64,000 nt of DNA, taken from positions 125,612,001 to 125,676,000 of the forward strand of contig NC_086101.1 in NCBI RefSeq assembly GCF_963921235.1, given 5' to 3'. The stretch's first letter is position 1, and every line of letters starts with the position of its first letter. This DNA is from Mobula hypostoma. Taxonomy: Eukaryota. The notes under the pieces are model-generated. The model saw nothing but the letters and a program-made list of their open reading frames with translations. It ran no database searches and had not been told where the DNA came from. Shown here in pieces: positions 1 to 11,546 of this stretch. Made by a program: the position numbers and the translations under genes.

Positions 1-66
1 ATTGTCATCTTGCAGTCTCTTGGATGTTAGCTATGGAGGAAATAGTTAAGTCATTCACAGAACCAA
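1..66 (+). CDS. DNAH6: Dynein axonemal heavy chain 6, internal exon (5'-truncated by window edge)
   Basis: Frame from base 3 reads CHLAVSWMLAMEEIVKSFTEP (AAA6-region NCHL motif of dynein heavy chains). Donor A|gtgagt at 66/67; phase 1 joins the next exon (A+AT=Asn). Confidence 0.92.
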
Positions 67-427
67 GTGAGTATACATGAATTGCATTGAGAAAACACAG
101 GGCATATATCCCAGTTTAAAACAAATCTGTGGATATTTGTTCATTTTTTTCTAAGTCTTTGACACTGTTGAATTTTTGCTGTTGTATTTTAAAGGTATTT
201 TTTGTTTCAAACAGGATAATTTTCCATAAAGTGCATGACTAACAAAAGTTGTGTTAACAATTACCATTCAAGAACCCGTTCATAGATACTTAGATTTTGA
301 TTGGAATGATTTTTTCAGCAAGATTTCCATTGTTAAAAAGCTTTATTTTTACTAACTGTTCTTTAAAGGATTTAAGAAGAAGCAGCAAGGTTAATTATAA
401 AAGGAGAAAGAAATATGTTCAATTTAG

Positions 428-1945
428 TACAGTGGTGTAGCTGTGTAGCTTCAGTGACCCATATTCAATCCTGACCTCTGGATAACCCTTGAAAAAGGGT
501 TCTAAGAGTAAACCTGGCAATTATCAGACTGTGAGTTTGACGTCAGTGGTGGGTAAATTGATGTAAAGTATTCTTAGAGATGGTATATATAATTATCTGG
601 ATAGACAGAGTCTGATTAGGAACAGTCAACATGGATTTGTGCGTGGAAGGTCATGTTTAACAAATCTTATTGAATTTTTTGATGAGGTTACTGAGAAAGT
701 TGATGAGGGTAAAGCGGTGGATGTTGTCTATGTGGACTTCAGTAAGGCCTTTGAAAAGGTTCCACAGGGAAGGTTAGTTAGGAAGGTTCAATCGTTAGGC
801 ATTAATATGGAAGTAGTAAAATGGATTCAGCAATGGCTAGATGGGAGACGCCAGAGAGTAGTGGTGGATAACTGTGTGTCAGAATGGAGGGTGGTGTGTA
901 GCGGTGTGCCTCAGGGATCTGTACTGGGTCCAGTGTTGTTTGTCATATATATTAATGATCTGGATGATGGGGTGGTAAATTGGATTAGTAAGTATGCAAA
1001 TGATAATAAGATAGGTGGCGTTGTGGATGATGAGGTAGGTTTTCAAAACTTGCAGAGAGATTTAGGACAGTTAGAAAAGTGGGCTGAAAGATGGCAGATG
1101 GAGTTTAATGCTGAAAAATGTGACGTGCTACATTTTGGTAGGACTAATCAAAATAGGACATACATGGTAAATGGTCGGGCATTGAAGAATGCTGTAGAAC
1201 AGAGGGATCTAGGAATAATGGTGCATAGTTCCCTGAAGGTGGAATCTCATGTGGATAGGGTGGTGAAGAAAGCTTTTGGTATGCTGACCTTTATTAATGA
1301 GAGCATTGAGTATAGGAGTTGGGATGTAATGTTGAAATCATATAGGGCATTGGTAAGGCCAAATTTGGAGTATTGTGTACAGTTCTGGTCACTGAATTAT
1401 AGGAAAGGTGTCAATAAAATTGAGAGAGTACAGAGGAGGTTTATTAAGATGTTATCTGGGTTTCATCTCCTAAGTTACAGAGAAAGGTTGAACAAGTTAG
1501 GTCTTTATTCTTTGGAGCGTAGAAGGTTGAAGGGGGACTTGATAGAGGTGTTTAAAATTATGAAGGGGATTGATAGAGTTGACGTGGATAGGCTTTTTCC
1601 ATTGAGAGTGGGGGAGATTCAAACAAGAGGACATGAGTTGAGAGTTAAAGGCCAAAAGTTTAGGGGTAACATGAGGGGGAACTTCTTTACTCAGAGAGTA
1701 GTAGCTGTGAGCTTCCAGCAGAAGTGGTTGAAGCAGGTTCAATGCTGTCGTTTAAAGTTAAATTGGATAGATATATGGACAGGAAAGGAATGGAGGGTTA
1801 TGGGCTGAGTGCAGGCCGGTGGGACTAGGTGAGAGTAAGAGTTCAGCCGAGATGGCCTGTTTCCGTGCTGTAATTGTTATATGGTTATATGGTTATATCA
1901 TTTCTGTATCTCCATGGGTTTCCTCTGGGTGGTATGGTTTCCTTG
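428..1945 (+). mobile_element. tRNA-type SINE split by the CR1 insertion (head ~428-482, body ~1899-1945)
   Basis: tRNA-like head (gtggtgtag...ttcaatcctg) before the CR1; gggtttcctctgggtg...ggtttcct after the CR1 tail, the same motif as the SINE at 43731-43993. Confidence 0.5.
487..1898 (+). mobile_element. CR1 LINE, 5'-truncated RT fragment (defective)
   Basis: ORF 639-1808 with GRSCLTNL, DFSKAF, GVPQGSVLGP and RPNLEYCVQFW. Catalytic motif reads YAND (Asp lost), with an upstream stop and a late frameshift; (GGTTATAT)n tail at ~1876-1898. Confidence 0.93.
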
Positions 1946-2637
1946 AAAAATATGCAGCCTAATATGCACTTGATCTAGGTTGTTCAGCAATTCTGATTTT
2001 TTGCATGGGTCTTGCAGACCATGAGATCTTCTATTGACTCATGCCAGATCATCTTCTTATCTGCATTGGCTTTTCCATACCCAATAGATATCTTCTCAGT
2101 GTAACACATCTGACTGAACCAATTGCTTTTCACCTTGTTTGAGGGTTTTTATAATAATTTAACTGTTTCTCTAGAATATCTGTAAACTAGTTCTGTCAAA
2201 ATCTGCAGACAGGAGGAGCAAATCTGTATAGAGATAGCAGGCAACTGCAGGAAACATAAAGTTGTGGTGGTGGGGGATTTTAATTTTCCCTATATTGATT
2301 GGGACTCCCATACTGTTAGGGGTCTAGATGGTTTAGAGTTTGTAAAATGTGTTCAGGAAAGTTTTCTAAATCAATATATAGAGGTACCAACTAGAGGGGA
2401 TACAATATTGGATCTCCTGTTAGGAAACGAGTTAGGACAAGTGACAGAAGTGTGTGTTGGGGAGCACTTTGGTTCCAGTGATCATAATACCATTAGTTTC
2501 AACTTGATGATGGACAAGGATAGATCTGGTCCTAGGGTTGAGGTTCTGAACTGGAAGAAGGCCAAATTTGAAGAAATGAGACAGGATCTAAAAAGCGTGG
2601 ATTGGGACAGGTTGTTCTTTGGCAATCTATCTGGCGG

Positions 2638-3261
2638 ACAGAGAATGCAGGATCTTCCAGTGGCCACACATTTTAATTCCACATCCCATTCCCATTCTGA
2701 CATGTCTATCCACGGCCTCCTCTACTGTCAAGATGAAGCCACACTCAGGTTGGAGGAACAACACCTTATATTCCGTCTGGGTAGCCTCCAACCTGATGGC
2801 ATGAACATTGACTTCTCTAACTTCCGCTAATGCCCCACCTCCCCCTCGTACCCCATCTGTTATTATTTTTATACACACATTCTTTCTCTCACTCTCCTTT
2901 TCCTCCCTCTGTCCCTCTGACTATACCCCTTGCCCATCCTCTGGTTCCCCCCCCACCCTTGTCTTTCTCCCCGGACCTCCTGTCGCATGATCCTCTCATA
3001 TCCCCTTTGCCAATCACCTGTCCAGCTCTTGGCTCCATCCCTCCCCCTCCTGTCTTCTTCTATCATTTTGGATCTCCCCCTCCTCCTCCCACTTTCAAAT
3101 CTCTTACTAACTCTTCCTTCAGTTAATCCTGACGAAGGGTCTCGGCCTGAAACGTCGACTGTACCTCTTCCTAGAGATGCTGCCTGGCCTGTTGTGTTCA
3201 CCAGCAACTTTGATGTGTGTTGCTTGAATTTCCAGCATCTGCAGTATTCCTGTTGTTTGCG
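2638..3261 (+). mobile_element. Penelope-like element 3' end (GIY-YIG endonuclease C-terminus, pyrimidine-rich UTR, terminal repeat)
   Basis: LPVATHFNS..HS..MSIHGL...RLEEQHLIFRLGSLQPDGMN matches the PLE GIY-YIG C-terminal pattern (HF..H..E..I..L....P.G.N); followed by a hammerhead core and a repeat shared by many copies in the window. Confidence 0.85.
3124..3161 (+). ncRNA. Minimal type I hammerhead ribozyme motif (PLE-associated)
   Basis: taatc-CTGACGA(3129-3135)-A-GGGT CTCG GCCT-GAAA-C-GTC(3154-3156)|gactg. Helix I has one A x C mismatch; helix III is reduced to palindromic ACGT. Confidence 0.75.
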
Positions 3262-5485
3262 AGATCATGGAAATTGTACAGATTGAAAAGGAGGAGGTGC
3301 TTGCTATCTTGAGGCAAATTAAAGTGGATAAATCCACAAGACCTGACAGGGTATTCCGTTGGACCTTGAAGGAGACTAGTGTTGAAATTGCAGGGGCCCT
3401 GGCAGCTGCATTTAAAATGTCGGTGTCTACGGATGAGGTGCTGGAGGATTGGAGAGTGGCTCATGTTGTTCCGTTGTTTAAAAAAGGATCGAAAAGTAAT
3501 CCGGGAAATTATAGACCAGTAAATTTGACGTTGGTAGTGGGTAAGTTATTGGAGGGAGTACTAAGAGACAGAATCTACAAGCATTTGGATAGACTGGGAC
3601 TTATTAGGGAGAGTCAACATGGCTTTGTGCGTGGTAGGTCATGTTTGACCAATCTATTGGAGTTTTTCGAGGAGGTTACCAGGAAAGTGGATGAAGGGAA
3701 GGCAGTGGATGTTGTCTACATGGACTTCAGTAAGGCCTTTGACAAGCTCTCGCATGGGGGGTTAGTTAGGAAAATTCAGTTGCTAGGGGTACATGGAGAG
3801 GTGGTAAATTGGATTAGACATTGTCTCAATGGAAGAAGCCAAAGAGTGGTAGTAGAGAATTGCTTCTCCGAGTGGAGGCCTGTGACTAGTGGTGTGCCAC
3901 AGGGATCAGTGCTGGGTCCATTGTTATTTGTCATCTATATCAATGTTCTGGATGATAATGTGGTAAAGTGGATCAGCAAATTTGCTGATGATACAAAGAT
4001 TGGAGGTGTCGTAGGCAGTGAGGAAGGTTTTCAGAGCCTGAAGAGGGACTGGGACTAGCTGGAAAAATGGGCTGAAAAATGGCAGATGGAGTTTAATACA
4101 GACAAGTGTGAGGTATTGCACTTTGGAAGGACAAACCAAGGTAGAACATACAGGATAAATGGTAAGGCACTGAGGAGTGCAGTAGAACAGAGGGATCTGG
4201 GAATACAGATACAAAATTCTCTAAAAGTGGCGTCACAGGTAGATAGGGTCGTAAAGAGAGCTTTTGGTACAATGGCCTTTATCAATCAAAGTATTGAGTA
4301 TAAGAGCTGGAATGTTATGATGAGGTTGTATAAGGCATTGGTGAGGCCGAATCTGGAGTATTGTGTTCAGTTTTGGTCACCAAATTACAGGAAGGATATT
4401 AATAAGGTTCAACGAGTGCAGAGAAGGTTTACAAGGATGTTGCCAGGACTTGAGAAACTCAGTTCCAGAGAAAGGTTGAATAGGTTAGGACTTTATTCCG
4501 TGGAGCGTAGAAGAATGAGGGGAGATTTGATAGAGGGTATAAAATTATGATGCGTACAGATAGAGTGAATGCAAGCAGGCTTTTTCCACTGAGGCAAGGG
4601 GAGAAAAAAAAACAGAGGACATGGGTTAAGGATGAGGGGGGAAAAGTTTAAAGGGAACATTAGCGGGGGCTTCTTCACACAGAGAGTGGTGGGAGTATGG
4701 AATGAGCTGCCAGACGAGGTGGTAAATGCGGGTTCTTTTTAAACATTTAAGAATAAATTGGACAGATACATGGATGGGAGGTGTATGGAGGGATATGGTC
4801 CGTGTGCAGGTCAGTGGGACTAGGCAGAAAATAGTTTGGCACAGCCAAGAAGGGCCAAAAGGCCTGTTTCTGTGCTGTAGTTTTTCTGTGGTTTCTATGG
4901 TTTCTAAAACGTTCAGGTGGATCATTGAATTTTCCGTTGAACTGCCTGCCTCTGACATATGTGAGTTGACTTGAATTTGTTGAATTCATAGTTGACTACT
5001 ATGACTTTGACATAAGCATTGACTTCAGCACAGCCTTTTTTTTCGGGAAACTTCATGCTTGTCACCTCTGACCAAATCACTGCTCTGCTCTGTTTGTCTG
5101 TTTTTCAACCTTGCTTGTCTCCACAGGTGCTTCTGTAATCATTACTTTCATTGATATCCTCATGTACTACATGCTTAAAAAAATTCTGGATAATCTGAGC
5201 AGGTCAGGTAACAGGTGTAGCCGGACTCTCAAAGAATCCATGACTCTCTAAGAATGCCTTCATCCTTTCCTACTGGAATCTACTCTCCAAACTTACATCT
5301 AGAGATACTGTGTTCCTATACACTGTCTTGCTGCTTCACCACATTCCTCAGCTCTGTGGTACACAACATTCTTTGAGCTATTTTTTTAACGTGGAGTATA
5401 GACATCTGTCAACTACATTAACAACTTGGCTTTCTTTCCAACCCAAGCTTTACATTTCCCCACTGGGTAAATTATTGTCAAATAT

Positions 5486-6378
5486 AGAATTAGGATCACA
5501 ATGAGGTTTATTGTCACTGATATTAGTTGTGAAATTTGTTGCTTTAAGGCTGCAGTACACTGCAGGCCTAACAAATTACTATGAGTTACAATGAAATATG
5601 TAAATAAATAGTGCTAAAGAGAAATAGTGGTAATGTTAATGGCTTCAGTTTAATGATGGAGAGGAAGAAGCTGTTCCCATAGAGTGGGTCTTCAGAATTC
5701 CATTCCTCCTCCTAGGTGGTAGTGAGAAGAGAGCATGTCCCAGATAGTGGGAATCCTTAATGATAGATGCCACCTTCTTGAGACTCTGCCTTTTGAGATT
5801 TTCCTCAACGGTGGAGGGGCTTGTAGCTGACTGAGTCTACAACCCTCTGAAGCCTCCTATGATCCTGTGCATTGGGAACCTCCATACTAGTTGGGGCTGC
5901 CACCAATTAGAATGTTCTCTACAGTATATCTGTAGAAATTTGCCAGAGCCTTGGTGACCTACCAAATTTCCTCAAATTCCTAATGAAGTATAAATACTGG
6001 TGTATCTTTGTAATGATTGCATCAATATGGTGGGCCCAAGACAGATCCTCTGAGACGTTGATGCGCAGGGACTTGAAACTACTCAACCTTTCCACCACTA
6101 ACCCCTCAATGAGGACTGGTGTGTGTTCTCCTGATTTCCCCTTCCTGAAGTCAACAATCAGTTCCTTGGTGTTGCTGATGTTGAGTGCAACATCATTATT
6201 GTGACATCACTCGACCAAACTAATTTGCTCCTGTTAGCTTCCTCGTCACCATCTGAGATTCTGCCAATAACAATGGTGTAATTGGTAAATATATAGATGG
6301 CATTTGAATTGTACCTAGCAACACAGTCATAAGTGTAGAGAGAATAGAGCAGTGGGCTAAGCAGTATCCTTGAGGCCA
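5486..6378 (-). mobile_element. Rex1/Babar-type LINE RT and 3' fragment, degenerate
   Basis: Minus-strand LLSPLLYSLYTYDCVA...IVIGRISDGDE; 3' AATAAA-type tail near 5490-5515. Confidence 0.75.
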
Positions 6379-7016
6379 TCTATGTTGGCCTGTGGATCAT
6401 TGCCTGATCCTTGCTTGGTACACCTGCTCCCACAGTTAAGGTGTCTCTATTAGTGGATTCTCATTTTGAACTTACTTTCTCTTCTTATCCAAGGTAGTTG
6501 TATAGCTGTCTTTAAACTACTATTTTCTGCAATTATTCACATTCGAGTTGCAGTCTCTAACCTTGGTTTGTTGGTGTCAGCTAATTAAAGATCTTTAGGT
6601 ATCTTTCAAATCTACCCACTCAATTGAATGTTTGATTTGAGCCAGTAGGAGAGTTTTCTATAGAACCTTGCTTCCTGAAGCCATGATACTTTCTTAAACA
6701 CAGTCTGTCTGTCTGAATGATTTGATCCAGTCGACTCCATGGTCACTGGTGTATAGTTATTACTGAAAATTATGATAGACAACTGGACCAACCCATCTCT
6801 ACTGGATATTCAAGAGTTTGCAATGTCTTAAGTTCTTAGTTATTTTATAATAATACTTAGCAGTCAGAACTTTGTAACAATGGAAGATGTCCAGAAAGGT
6901 AAATGCATTCCCCACTGGTTTACAGTGCTTGTAGGGGGTTAACATATTCCGTAATCTCTCATTATTTGCACCAATATTTTAAAAAACTGATAAAAAAACT
7001 GCTTGATTTATTCTAG

Positions 7017-7105
7017 ATGCTGTTATTCATGAGAATTTCAGACTGTTCCTGAGCTCCATGCCAACTAATACCTTTCCTGTAACAGTTTTACAGAACTCAG
7101 TCAAG
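7017..7105 (+). CDS. DNAH6: DNAH6 exon (AVIHENFRLFLSSMPTNTFPVTVLQNSVK)
   Basis: ttctag acceptor, AAG|gtaata donor; FRLFLSS..FPV.VLQNS.K is the conserved dynein AAA6 segment; phase fits both neighbours. Confidence 0.95.
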
Positions 7106-7282
7106 GTAATACATTCTGAAGATTTCAGATAAATATTGTTATAAAACTAAATTTCCAGGGTAGAGCCACATTCTTTATGAAGATATTCAATGACAAATGT
7201 GTTATTTTATACTGTATATTTTCTAATAATTCTGGCTAATTCCGTTAATTCACAGAATGCATGCAGCTTAAGTTTGGCATTC

Positions 7283-7620
7283 TATTCTTTTCTGTTTGTT
7301 CTCAGGATGTGGATATTGCTGACAATGTCAGCAGTTATTGCCCATCTCTACTGAGGGAACACTCATGATGCAACCATGTTGGTGGGTCTAGAGACACAAG
7401 TAGGGCCAGACTGGGTGAAGATGGAAAAATTCCTTCCCTTAAGTGTACATTATTGAACTATATTGATGTTTCCAGCATTCTGTACTTTCACAGATGCTAA
7501 TTTTTATAACTTGACTTTATATTCTCAGCTATCTTGGTGGAATTCCAATACGTGACTCTGGCTTAATGGCTCGGAACTTGGGTTGACAGTGCAGGTTTTC
7601 AGTCAGTATGCTGCTACACC
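7283..7620 (-). mobile_element. Old SINE with L2-like 3' tail
   Basis: Reverse strand ends gatgggcaataactgctg...atccacatcctgag, similar to the L2-like tail at ~22645-22713. Confidence 0.4.
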
Positions 7621-9293
7621 CTGTTGGTCTGTCAATGCTCAGGGCAATTGAGCAGTGAGAATACTATGGAGTAGGTTTTGTACTTGGCCAAGTGTACAAC
7701 ATGCATATATATCATAGCAACTGTTCTTTGTGCTCTACTTTTAAAAATTGGTTCCATTGATGGTAATGAAACAACATTTCAAAAGCGGAGTGTCAAATGC
7801 AAGCAAACTATACAATATATGTATATTTAGCAGGTGTGATCAACAGTGAACTTCTGCTCTGGAATGTTTCAGTAAATTATCTTTAATGGCTGCTCATGAA
7901 TATATTATCGATTTCACTGAGGGTACGGTTGCTCCTACCCAACCTAATTGTCCTCTGTGTGAAGTAAGATGACAGGATAAATGTGCAGATTTCAGTGAAA
8001 ATTATATTGTCATGATGGTGGTTTAAGGAGAATATTCTGCACTTACACAAGAGTTTCCTCATTTTCCTAAGCTGGGCAGGTAGATAAACTCCAGTCCTGA
8101 TGTAGTTGTAGTTTGAAGGTGGATTTATTATTCACCAATGTGTTGCAGCACTCAAGGAGCTGAGTAAAAAGACAATATTTCTCAGTGTTCTCATGAAAGG
8201 TTGACTTGTCAAAGAATGAATGAATATACAAGCAATTATATGATTGCTGACTAATGTTGAAGGTTAATTACTTAATAATGCAATAATAAGTAATCAACAA
8301 CAGCTGTAAACTTACAATTAAGCAATGAGATCTAGTAGTTAGAAATGAAGTAGCAAACCAAATCAGGGGTGACATAACAGGGTAGTTATTTAACATTTGT
8401 CTACTAGTCTCTAGAACCACAATCTTAAGATTAAACATTAGCTATTAGATCAGATAATGGACCAGAATTGTTGATTCTATGCTGGAATGCCAGCAGCATG
8501 TTTACTTGATCCAGATATGGAGGACCAGTCTTGCTGGATCTTGACATGCAGAACTCCAGCAATATGACTTGAGTGTTAGCATGACCTTGGCAGTGCTGTC
8601 CTATCCTCATAAATCTTTGACCATAGTCCCCATCTATAGTTTGTAAAGATTGTAAGTGATGTTGAATACTTCTAACATATCACAACCGTGACTAAAAATG
8701 AAATACATAATCAATATTACTGGGACAGATTTTATGTTGGTTTATTTCCTGTGATAATAGTAAAAGATATTTTTTGTCTTCTGGTATGCCAAGTATTGAG
8801 TTAAGCAGCATCTGCTTGAAAATTCACAAATAGTCTTTAGGTCCACTAGATGGTGCATTTCACCACAGTTCAAATATAAAATATAGTGAATCATCATGTA
8901 TGTTTTAGGCACTCTTTCCGAACCTTCTATAAGTCTGGCATGTGGTTAGCACCATCTGTTCTCTGGCCCACTGAGAAGACAAAATTATTTCCATGGATGG
9001 ACCTCATCTGCGGATGTCTAAGCTGCAGTGCTGAGCTTTCTTTTCTCTGCCAGATGACCCTGGAGTATATGTGCTATGATGTTCAGCTACCTGTAACCCA
9101 GCATTAATTTCACATCATTCCAAGCTCTCTCCTTCTACCAATCTTTGTATCGTTAATCTTAGATAGTGCAATTAGATTGTGGGAATAATAATTCAACACT
9201 GCAAAAAAATTATGACAGTTATGTACAATTAATACATTTAAAACAATGTATTTTCTAAATCACAAACAAGAGAACATCTGGAAATCCATGTAA

Positions 9294-9405
9294 CACACAC
9301 AAAATGCTGGAAGAATTCAGAAGACCAGGCAGCAGCTATGGAAAAGAGTACAGTTGACGGTTTAGGCTGCCTGGCCTGCTGAGCTCCTCCAGCATTTTGT
9401 GTGTG
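9294..9405. repeat. Fold-back inverted repeat derived from the PLE terminal repeat
   Basis: Arm 9294-9333 matches the reverse complement of 9366-9405 at 35 of 40 positions; 32-nt spacer. Confidence 0.85.
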
Positions 9406-10496
9406 CTGCTTTATTTTCTAAATGTTGTATTTTGAAACTTAGTAAGTGTGTATTTCAGTTGAATTTGTCTATTTTCTGCAAATGAAAGCTCTAATTTATG
9501 CCTAAAATGATCAGAACTGACAGTGCCCAGTGTTATTAGAGAAGCTTCGAACTCTGGGCCAGTGATCGATATTTTGCTTGCAGTGACCACTATAGCAAAC
9601 TGTGAGCTGGAACTGATGAGACAGGCTAAAGGATCTGAATGATATTTAGGTTCATTGGAATCTGAAATGGAAGTTCTAGCCATTTTAACTCTTTATTTCA
9701 GACTCTACAGTGGATTGAGCAGAGACAAGACAAAAAGGCCTTGTCTAGTGCTCAGGAACAAAGGTGCTGGTGGAATCAGCACTAAAGCGTAACAAATTAT
9801 TGTTGTAGCAGTAAGCTGGCTCAGTTCCTCCCTCCTGCTGAACATTGCTCGTCTCGGGACCTAACCGAGGGATGAACCTTCTGCAAGATCTCCTGCAGCA
9901 ATGAAACAGTTAAGGTGATTTCAGTACCACATGGCCATTGTAGAATGTGCCACTAAAGCCATATGCAATGACCACCTGGGTGGACTGATATTGGATGAGT
10001 TGGGGCAAAAGGTGCAACCACTCGTTGCTACCTGGGCAGCATGATGACTCTGTGCCATGATTGGGTACTGGTAGCATCTACTCCATATATTGACAAACCA
10101 CTGAGAAACTTTGGCTTCCCTCATCAAACCCAACTCACAAACTCCTCCATGCCTTCGAGCAAAATGGTGGTTGCTGGTCTAGAGTTAGGAGCTTCTCATA
10201 TGAAATTAGTTATCGTATTGCAGGCTGTGGAGGTCTCAAATGCAGGAAACAGCCACCATTTAACAGTCTGCTGTGATCTCCATTTAAAGAGAAGATCTTT
10301 TTGTCATAGGAAACTACACATAGCAGCTCTAAGCTTCATAATAGATTGCTGACTTACTTTCTAAGGTACTCCAATGGTATTGAAACAAAAACAATTAGTG
10401 TTTTTGCTAATTTTGGGGATTAGTTTAATGACTGTCTCAGTAGTCATGTTGCTAGAAGTGTGAGTTCAGGCTAGTTGTCACAGAGAGGACCATGGA

Positions 10497-11258
10497 CTTC
10501 AAAGTTCAAAGTAAATTTATTATTAAAGTACATATGTCACCACATACTACCCTGCAGGCATTCACAGTAAATACAAAGAACCACAATAAAATCAATGAAA
10601 AATGGCACACAACAAGATGGACAAACAGCCAATGTGCAAAAGAACAAATTGTGCAAATACAAAATGAAAGAAAAACAAAATAATAATGATAAATTAAAAA
10701 AACAATAAATATCAAAACATGATTAGAGAGTCCTTGAAGTGAGTCCATTGGTTATGGGAACAGTTCAGTGTGGGTCCTGACGCTCCTGTACCTCCTTCCT
10801 GATGGCAGCAGTGAGAGGAGAGCATTGTGTGGATAGTGGGGGTCTTTGATGATGGATGCTGCTTTCCTGTGACCGCACTCCTTGGGGATGTGCTTATTGG
10901 TGGGGAGGGCTTTACCTGTGATGGACTGGACTGCATCAACTAATTTTGTTGGATTTTCCATTTAAGGACATTGGTGTTTCCATTGCAGGTGTGATGCAAC
11001 CAGTCAATATACACTCCATCATGCATCTATAGAAGTTTGTTAACGTTTTAGATGAGATGCCAAATCTTCACATGCTTCTAAGAAAGTAGAGCTGCTGCCA
11101 TGCTTTATTTATAATGGCACTTATGTGCTAAACCCAAGACATATTCTCTGAAATGATAACCCCAAGGAATTTAAAGTTAATGATCCTTTCTACCTCTGAT
11201 CCCCTGATGAGGACTGGCTCATGGATCTCTGATTTCCTCCTCTTGTAGTCAATAATCA
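10497..11258 (-). mobile_element. Rex1/Babar-type LINE 3' fragment
   Basis: Minus-strand KAASIIKDPHYPHNALLSLLPSGRRYRS (Rex/Babar C-terminal motif); tail aataaatttactttgaactttgaa. Confidence 0.8.
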
Positions 11259-11546
11259 CTTAGGGCTGGAGGCTCAGAATGTACGATTATGACGAGCCTA
11301 TCTCGAAGGAGGTTTCGTAGATATTATATCCTATCTTGAGTGCTTTGAGGCTTAGGTTTTACAAAGCAGACATCACTGAGTGATGTGAAATTCTGCATGA
11401 TGATATGCACTAGGCTTGGACTGCTCTCACTGTGGAGATCAAAGTCACTGTCCACCCTTTTTGTCTTGTCACAGATATTGCCTTGCCTGCTGAGTTTTTC
11501 TATGTTTTTTCTGTTTTTCTTCACTGTCAACTTCTTGGCTGCTCAT

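Larger units (their letters stand above)
2205..4906 (+). mobile_element. CR1 LINE ORF2 relic (APE C-terminus 2205-2625; RT 3262-4906), interrupted by a PLE
   Basis: GDFNFP..DW, PTRG..ILDL and SDH (APE motifs); then RT with FADDTK, stop at ~4056 and frameshift at ~4540; tail tttctgtggtttctatggtttcta. Confidence 0.93.

Noticed and set aside
428-482. tRNA gene (also the heads at ~43731 and ~50420)
   Set aside because: Only degenerate A/B boxes followed by SINE body sequence; no complete cloverleaf.
639-1808. 389-aa ORF as a functional gene
   Set aside because: 5'-truncated CR1 RT with YAND at the active site and a frameshifted C-terminus.
2264-2830. Novel two-nuclease fusion protein
   Set aside because: Both halves lack their N-terminal catalytic parts and the ORF begins at GTG; best explained as a chance in-frame junction.
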